A DNA stretch of 64,000 nt from an uncultured Aurantimonas sp. Lineage in GTDB: Bacteria; Pseudomonadota; Alphaproteobacteria; Rhizobiales; Rhizobiaceae. The stretch covers positions 6,471 to 70,470 of the forward strand of contig CANKZU010000011.1 of the NCBI GenBank assembly GCA_947488615.1, read 5' to 3'. Made by a program: the position numbers and the translations under genes. The notes beneath the pieces were generated by a model, which was not told the DNA's origin, searched no databases, and saw only the letters and a program-made list of their open reading frames with translations. Positions within the stretch are counted from its first letter, which is position 1. Each line of letters opens with the position of its first letter. Shown here piece by piece: positions 58,627-64,000 of this stretch.

Positions 58627-58750
58627 GAAACGACGAAACCCGCCGGGGGGAGGACCCGACGGGTTTCAAACGTACCTGCGCTGGGAGGAGGATGCGCAGG
58701 CTACAATCCGCATCCGGTCCGGGAGGAGGTGGACCGTCAGCGAAACTTTT
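58627..58750 (-). ncRNA. Cuckoo-type (alpha-r14/CcsR-like) sRNA, unit 3 (promoter-distal)
   Basis: Three hairpins with loops CCTCCTCCC, CCTCCTCCC and TCCTCCCCCC on the minus strand. The last is followed by TTTCGTCGTTT (terminator-like). Ends approximate. Confidence 0.85.
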
Positions 58751-58754
58751 TACC

Positions 58755-58875
58755 TCTCATCGGCCGCCGGGGGGAGGACCCGACGGCCGACCGAGAGATG
58801 CCCGCGCTGGGAGGAGGATGCGCAGGCACTTGTCCGCCTCGGGTTCTGGGAGGAGGTGAACCCGTGGCGAAACTT
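58755..58875 (-). ncRNA. Cuckoo-type sRNA, unit 2
   Basis: Same three-hairpin layout, begins AAGTTTCGC. Plus-strand motifs at 58769, 58809 and 58848. Ends approximate. Confidence 0.85.
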
Positions 58876-58884
58876 TGATCTTTT

Positions 58885-59006
58885 TGGCGCCCGCCGGGGG
58901 GAGGACCCGGCGGGCGTCTTCAAGAGGTCCACCCCTTTCTGGGAGGAAGATGGGCAGACCTTGATCCGCTCGGGCCCTGGGAGGAGGATGGGCCGTCGCG
59001 AAACCG
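58885..59006 (-). ncRNA. Cuckoo-type sRNA, unit 1 (immediately after the DUF1127 gene)
   Basis: Loops CCTCCTCCC, CTTCCTCCC and TCCTCCCCCC. Plus-strand motifs at 58979, 58941 and 58896. Ends approximate. Confidence 0.85.
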
Positions 59007-59024
59007 AATGGTTTAGGTGGCCGT

Positions 59025-59168
59025 TCAGCCGACCGCGCGGCGGGCGATCGCGCTGATGTCGCCGCGGGCGATGCCGAGGTCGGACAGTTCGCGCTGCGAG
59101 AGGCGGCTCAGCTCGTTGACCGTGTCACGGTAACGGCGCCAGTTGTTGTAAGAGCGGACGATGTTCAT
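59025..59168 (-). CDS. DUF1127 small Arg-rich protein (47 aa; not in the ORF track)
   Basis: Translated by hand: MNIVRSYNNWRRYRDTVNELSRLSQRELSDLGIARGDISAIARRAVG*. It matches the DUF1127 pattern W-R-R-x-R-x-T...EL..LS.REL.DLGI.R.DI, with SD aggtga upstream. Confidence 0.93.
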   Translation of the reverse strand: MNIVRSYNNWRRYRDTVNELSRLSQRELSDLGIARGDISAIARRAVG

Positions 59169-59296
59169 TGTCTTCACCTGATTTGTCTAACTTTAATCGA
59201 CTGAAGCGGCCCGGCTGATCCGTCGGCGTCGCCTCGTTGACCAGGAAATTAGGGGGCCGGATCGAAGGTTGCCAGACGTGTAAACGCATGGCAGCT

Positions 59297-59311
59297 TTGC
59301 AATTTGTGCAA
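59297..59311. promoter_or_regulatory. LysR-type (T-N11-A) palindrome upstream of the DUF1127 gene
   Basis: TTGCA-ATTTG-TGCAA, about 130 bp upstream of the start codon in an AT-rich stretch. Confidence 0.45.
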
Positions 59312-59406
59312 TGCAACAAAATATTGGCGAAAAAGTAGAAATATCAATGAGTTGATAAGGCGTTCCTTGGGGTCGAACTCGGTGAGTGTGGCGGGAAACC
59401 GTGGCG

Positions 59407-59421
59407 TTAAGCTGCGGTTAA
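59407..59421. promoter_or_regulatory. Perfect CtrA consensus box
   Basis: TTAA-GCTGCGG-TTAA (TTAA-N7-TTAA) between the divergent DUF1127 and tRNA-Leu/tig units. Confidence 0.6.
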
Positions 59422-59590
59422 GCATCTTGTGAGGCCGTCGGCTGGTTCGGCGGCGACCAATGTCGACCAGCGCTGGCCTTCGTCCTGCAAGTCCAGCACG
59501 GCGAATTCAGGCCAAATTTGCCCTTTCGTGGCTGGAATGCCGGTGATATAGAGGCGCGCGCCTCGCGTCGCCCGTTGTTCGGCGCACCAT

Positions 59591-59675
59591 GCGGGTGTGG
59601 CGGAATTGGCAGACGCACTTGGTTTAGGTCCAAGCGCCGAGAGGCATGGGGGTTCAAGTCCCTCCACCCGCACCA
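59591..59675 (+). tRNA. tRNA-Leu(TAG)
   Basis: 85 nt GCGGGTGTGGCGGAATTGGCAGACGC-CTTGG-TT-TAG-GT-CCAAG, long variable arm, GGTTCAAGTCC...CACCCGCACCA. Confidence 0.97.
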
Positions 59676-59752
59676 TTCGGGCGCTTTCACGGAATTCATA
59701 ACGGGCTCGGTCGGCACAGGTCGGCCCTGGCAAGATCAAGAAGGTATCGAGA

Positions 59753-61117
59753 ATGCAGGTAACGGAAACCAAGGCCGAGGGGCTGAAGCGCGAGATCGAG
59801 ATCGTCGTGCCCGCCTCGGATCTTGAAGCGCGCCTCCAGACACGGCTCTATGAGGCCAAGGACCAGGTGCGGCTGAAGGGTTTCCGGCCGGGCAAGGTTC
59901 CCGTCGCACATCTTCGCAAGATGTACGGCAAGTCGATGATGGCCGAGATCGTCAACCAGATCCTCACGGACACGCCTCGCACTGTCATTGCCGAGCGTAA
60001 CGAGCGCTCCGCCATGCAGCCCGAGATCGGGATGACCGAGGACGAGGGCGAGGCCGAGAAGGTTCTTAGCGGCGAGTCGGACTTCAAGTTCACGCTCGCC
60101 TACGAGACGCTTCCGGCGATCGAGCTCAAGGAGACGACTGGCATCAAGATCGAGCGGCCGATCGTCGAGGTTTCCGACGAGGAGATCGACGAGCAGGTCA
60201 AGCGGATCGCCGAGAATGCGCGGACCTACGAGCCCAAGAAGGGCAAGGCCAAGGACGGCGATCGCGTCACCATGGACTTCGTCGGCAAGATTGAAGGCGA
60301 AGCGTTCGACGGCGGCACGGCCACCGATTCCAATCTGGTGCTCGGCTCCAACCAGTTCATTCCCGGCTTCGAGGAGCAGCTTGTCGGCGTCAAGGCAGGC
60401 GACGAGAAGACCGTCGAACTGACATTTCCCGAGGATTACGGCGCGGCCCATCTCGCGGGCAAGGCGGCCACCTTCGACGTGACCGTCAAGGAAGTCTCGG
60501 CGCCCGTCGAGACGGCGATCGACGATGACATGGCCAAGAAGCTGGGGGTCGAATCGCTCGAGCGGCTGCGGACGGTCGTGCGCGAGCAGATCGAAAGCCA
60601 GTACGGCCTCGCCACGCGCCAGAAGGTCAAGCGGCAGCTGCTCGATGCTCTCGACGAGACCTATGACTTCGCCCTGCCGGAAAAGCTCGTTGAAGCCGAG
60701 TTTACCAATATCTGGACCCAAGTCGAAAACGAGCTGAAGCAGAACGGCAAGAGCTTCGAGGACGAGGACACGACCGAGGAGGATGCCAAGGCCGAGTATC
60801 GTCGCTTGGCCGAGCGCCGCGTCCGGCTTGGCCTGGTCCTGTCGGAAATAGGCGAAAAGGCAGGCGTGCAGATCACCGACGAGGAGCTGCAACGCGCGAT
60901 GTTCGAGCAGGTTCGTCGCTATCCCGGGCAGGAGAAGGAGGTCTACGAGTACTTCCAGAAGAGCCCGGACGCGGTGGCGAGCCTCAGGGCGCCGCTTTAT
61001 GAGGAGAAGGTCGTCGATCACCTCCTCGCCGAAGTCGATGTCACAGACAAGACCGTCAGCAAGGAAGAGCTGATGGCCGAGGACGAGGACGACAAGGAAG
61101 CGGCGCTCGCCTCCTGA
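59753..61117 (+). CDS. tig: Trigger factor
   Basis: MQVTET...LKRE, ribosome-binding loop [13 protein letters not shown] region DGDRVTMDF...[22 protein letters not shown]. Confidence 0.97.
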   Translation: MQVTETKAEGLKREIEIVVPASDLEARLQTRLYEAKDQVRLKGFRPGKVPVAHLRKMYGKSMMAEIVNQILTDTPRTVIAERNERSAMQPEIGMTEDEGEAEKVLSGESDFKFTLAYETLPAIELKETTGIKIERPIVEVSDEEIDEQVKRIAENARTYEPKKGKAKDGDRVTMDFVGKIEGEAFDGGTATDSNLVLGSNQFIPGFEEQLVGVKAGDEKTVELTFPEDYGAAHLAGKAATFDVTVKEVSAPVETAIDDDMAKKLGVESLERLRTVVREQIESQYGLATRQKVKRQLLDALDETYDFALPEKLVEAEFTNIWTQVENELKQNGKSFEDEDTTEEDAKAEYRRLAERRVRLGLVLSEIGEKAGVQITDEELQRAMFEQVRRYPGQEKEVYEYFQKSPDAVASLRAPLYEEKVVDHLLAEVDVTDKTVSKEELMAEDEDDKEAALAS

Positions 61118-61147
61118 TGCCTTCTCTTAGGTGGGGCGAAATGTCAC

Positions 61148-61175
61148 GGGGGCCGACAAAAGTCGGTCCCCTTTT
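61148..61175 (+). terminator. Intrinsic terminator after tig
   Basis: GGGGGCCGAC-AAAA-GTCGGTCCCC-TTTT. Confidence 0.75.
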
Positions 61176-61264
61176 GCGTGGCGCGGTCGGTTGCGGGCCC
61201 CAGTCTCGTCAAAGCCCCGGGTGATAGGCGGGTACCGAGATTGGAAGGCGTCGGCTGACGCCGA

Positions 61265-63682
61265 ATGATACAGGCTATTCCCTACATGCGACGATTCACG
61301 ACGGCCGGCATCATTGCGTTGTTCCTTGGCATGCTCGTTTGGGCGGGAACGTGCGCGGCTCAGATTCCTGGTCTTCCCAGCACGTCGTCAGCTGCCGAAA
61401 ATACCGACGGACAGGGCGGCGAAACCGCGAATCTCGATAATCTGATCAAGATCTTGGAGAACGACGAGACCCGCGCGAAACTCGTCGAATCACTGAAAGC
61501 CGCTGCCTACAAGGCGCCGGATGGCGAGGGCAAGGATGGCGGGGACGTGGCTGCCCTGCCGATCGGCTCGGCGGTCGTACGGACGCTGCCGGGCGAGATT
61601 GCCGACTCAACGCGCGCTTTGATCGGCGGCCTGTCGGAAACCTGGGGAACGCTGCGAACGAATACCGCCTCCGCGCTCGATATATTGGCCGGCGTCACGA
61701 GTATCGACCTGCCGAACGTCCTTGCGACGATTCTGCCCGTCGCTCTCGTCGCCATCGTGGTTTTCCTGGTCCTGGCCGCAAGTCGGCTTGTGAAGGCACC
61801 GATCTTCCGCCGGATGGCCGAGCGTGCCGAGCATTCAGGCCCGATTCGCAAGCTGATTCTGCTGGTCGTTTCGGCCATCGTCGACGCCGCATCGATCATT
61901 ATCTGCTGGGCGGGCGGCTATCTGGCCGCGACGATTTTCTTCGGCGGTCGGCCCGGCATCAATCAGGTTTTGTTCCTCAACGGATTTTTGCTGATCGAGA
62001 TGATCAAGGTCACCCTCGGGGCCTTCGTCGCGCCGACCTATCCCAAGCTTCGCCTGACCCCGTTCTCCGATCGTCAGGCGAGCTATTGGTATTTCTGGAT
62101 TTCACGGCTGATCTCGATTCTTGGTTACACCTTTCTCTTCGTCGCCCCGATCATGCAGCGTTCGTCCGGCGCCGCGGCGGCCGATGCGACGCGCCTTATC
62201 GGCGTGGTCCTGTCGCTGTTTCTGGCAGTCTGGCTCATCCTCAAGAACCGCGGCGTCGTTCGCGAGCGCCTGAAGCGCGCCAAGCACCAGGGCGACAAGA
62301 GCTTTGGCGCCGGCTTCAATGCGTTTGTCGGTCAAATCTGGTGGGCGCTCGCCATCGGCTTCGTGCTGGCGCTGTTCGCGGTATGGCTGCAGAGTCCCGA
62401 GACCGGCTTGACCTTCGTGGTCGTCGCGACGCTCAAGTCGATCGCGGCGATGGCCTTGGGCGGTCTGGTTGTCTCGATTCTATCCCGGGTGATCGCGAAA
62501 GGCGTTCCGATTCCCCAAGACTGGAAGGAGCGGATTCCGCTTCTGGAACGACGCGTGAACTCCTTCATCCCGAAGGTGTTAACGGTCGTTCGGATTGTCG
62601 TGATCCTGGTGGTGATCGCAGCGATCCTGCAAGCATGGAATCTATTCAGTTTCGGCGACGAGTTCGGTCGGCTGTTGGGGCAGCGCTTCGTCGGCAGCCT
62701 CATCGGTGCCGGCGTGATCCTTGCCGTTGGCGTGGCGATCTATATCGGCATCTCGTCCTGGATCGAATATCGGATGAACCCGAATTTCGGTACTGTTCCG
62801 ACGGCGCGTGAACGCACCCTCTTGTCGCTGTTTCGCAACGCCTTCACCATTACCATGGTGGTGATCGTGTCGATGCTGGTGCTGTCGCAGGTCGGCATCG
62901 ATATCGCGCCGCTGCTCGCCGGCGCCGGCGTCGTCGGCCTGGCCATCGGTTTCGGTGCCCAGAAATTCGTTCAGGACATCATCACCGGCGCCTTTATCCA
63001 GATTCAAAATGCCATGAACGAGGGCGATATCGTCGAACTCAACGGCATCTCCGGCGTCGTGGAACAATTGACCGTTCGTTCGGTCGGGCTCAGGACCGTC
63101 GACGGGACCTGGTATCTGATCCCGTTCTCGTCGGTCGATCAGGTCGCCAATTTCTCCAAGGACTTCGCCTATTACGTCGCTGATATCGGTGTCGCGTATC
63201 GGGAGAATGTCGAGGACGTGAAGCAGATGATGCACGACGCCTTTGACGAGCTGAAGGAGAGTTCGGTCGCAGCCAATCTGATCAGCGACCTCGATATGTG
63301 GGGCGTGCAGGAATTGGGCGATTCGGCCGTCGTGGTGCGGGCCCGTGTCATGACCAAGCCGAGCACCCAATGGGGTGTCGGCCGCGCCTATCGCGAGATC
63401 GTGAAGCGCCTTGCCGACGAACGCGGTATCGAAATTCCGTTCCCGCACATGACGGTCTGGTTCGGCGAGGACAGGGGCGGAAAGGCGCCACCTGTCCGTA
63501 TCGCGGGCGAGGAGCCGACGGTGCCGGGGGGCCGCGTGATCGACGAGGCCCCCAAGTCGAGCGATACGGCGCGGACGACGCGCGAAACAAGCGGCTCGGA
63601 TTACGGCTCCACCGATGCGACCGGGCGCCCAATTCCGCCGAGCGGCGGCGATATCGATAGCGCCGGCGGAGACCGCGGCTGA
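61265..63682 (+). CDS. Large MscS-family mechanosensitive channel (YbiO-like)
   Basis: Signal peptide, multiple TMs, MscS core LAGAGVVGLAIGFGAQKFVQD, GVVEQLTVRS and GIEIPFPH. Start may be 61286. Confidence 0.92.
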   Translation: MIQAIPYMRRFTTAGIIALFLGMLVWAGTCAAQIPGLPSTSSAAENTDGQGGETANLDNLIKILENDETRAKLVESLKAAAYKAPDGEGKDGGDVAALPIGSAVVRTLPGEIADSTRALIGGLSETWGTLRTNTASALDILAGVTSIDLPNVLATILPVALVAIVVFLVLAASRLVKAPIFRRMAERAEHSGPIRKLILLVVSAIVDAASIIICWAGGYLAATIFFGGRPGINQVLFLNGFLLIEMIKVTLGAFVAPTYPKLRLTPFSDRQASYWYFWISRLISILGYTFLFVAPIMQRSSGAAAADATRLIGVVLSLFLAVWLILKNRGVVRERLKRAKHQGDKSFGAGFNAFVGQIWWALAIGFVLALFAVWLQSPETGLTFVVVATLKSIAAMALGGLVVSILSRVIAKGVPIPQDWKERIPLLERRVNSFIPKVLTVVRIVVILVVIAAILQAWNLFSFGDEFGRLLGQRFVGSLIGAGVILAVGVAIYIGISSWIEYRMNPNFGTVPTARERTLLSLFRNAFTITMVVIVSMLVLSQVGIDIAPLLAGAGVVGLAIGFGAQKFVQDIITGAFIQIQNAMNEGDIVELNGISGVVEQLTVRSVGLRTVDGTWYLIPFSSVDQVANFSKDFAYYVADIGVAYRENVEDVKQMMHDAFDELKESSVAANLISDLDMWGVQELGDSAVVVRARVMTKPSTQWGVGRAYREIVKRLADERGIEIPFPHMTVWFGEDRGGKAPPVRIAGEEPTVPGGRVIDEAPKSSDTARTTRETSGSDYGSTDATGRPIPPSGGDIDSAGGDRG

Positions 63683-63767
63683 CACGGGCGAGGGTGGCGG
63701 CGAGGCGGAATTCGGTCATATCCGCAGCGTCGGCGAACCGAACTGCGATAATGCCACCGGCGGACGG

Positions 63768-63798
63768 CTTGCATCGGCCCTTTGCCAAGCCCTATCTA
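63768..63798 (+). promoter_or_regulatory. RpoH (sigma32)-like promoter for clpP
   Basis: CTTGCA-N17-CCTATCTA upstream of clpP, resembling the alphaproteobacterial heat-shock promoter consensus. Confidence 0.5.
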
Positions 63799-63880
63799 CG
63801 GCGTCAGACACGATTATCGATTCTCAAAGGCGGGGCCGTTCGGTGCCGCTCCACCCGAACAAGCAGCGAGACGACGACTG

Positions 63881-64000
63881 ATGAAGCACCCCTTGGAAAC
63901 CGCGATGAATCTCGTCCCGATGGTGGTCGAGCAGACCAATCGCGGCGAGCGCGCCTATGACATCTTCTCGCGTCTCCTCAAGGAACGGGTGATCTTCATC
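63881..64000 (+). CDS. clpP: ATP-dependent Clp protease proteolytic subunit (3'-partial)
   Basis: [40 protein letters not shown] runs off the window end. Confidence 0.95.
   Translation, partial: MKHPLETAMNLVPMVVEQTNRGERAYDIFSRLLKERVIFI

Noticed and set aside
58627-59006. Regularly spaced GGGAGGAGG repeats as a CRISPR array, or the ORFs called over them
   Set aside because: The repeats are short hairpin-loop motifs with variable stems, not constant 23-47-bp repeats with unique spacers, and there are no cas genes. The pattern fits cuckoo sRNAs, and the overlapping ORFs are artefacts.

Overview
High-GC alphaproteobacterial chromosome. Gene content and order (popZ, exoR, secDF fusion, DUF1127-cuckoo locus) point to Hyphomicrobiales/Rhizobiales, possibly Aurantimonadaceae; this is inference. 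Most of the window is conserved core: tRNA-Asn, tRNA-Cys, pcm-tolC-popZ-valS-ompP1/fadL-ilvD-exoR, xth-erpA, dgt-argS-SPOR-nagZ, tatABC-serS-surE-pcm-nlpD, DUF815 ATPase, yajC-secDF-Mth938-phytoene-synthase-like, trmFO, tRNA-Leu-tig, mscS-like, clpP (partial). Accessory or unusual parts: (1) 1-8700, a visibly more AT-rich C1/organic-acid block (fhs, usp, tctCBA, a zeta-toxin-like P-loop protein, a ketopantoate-reductase-like protein) with GntR-like operators; (2) a TRAP operon ending in a full-length amidase whose three catalytic residues are all replaced, plus a 56-aa membrane protein; (3) a kinase-less three-gene c-di-GMP module (REC-degenerate GGDEF-PilZ / Hpt / pseudoREC-REC-GGEEF) between nlpD and the DUF815 ATPase; (4) a 47-aa DUF1127 gene missed by the ORF track, followed by three tandem cuckoo-type (CCUCCUCCC) sRNA units, with a perfect CtrA box upstream; (5) scpA/scpB absent from their usual position between nagZ and tatA. 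No transposase, integrase, prophage or CRISPR array is visible. All calls come from reading motifs by eye; no database searches were run.
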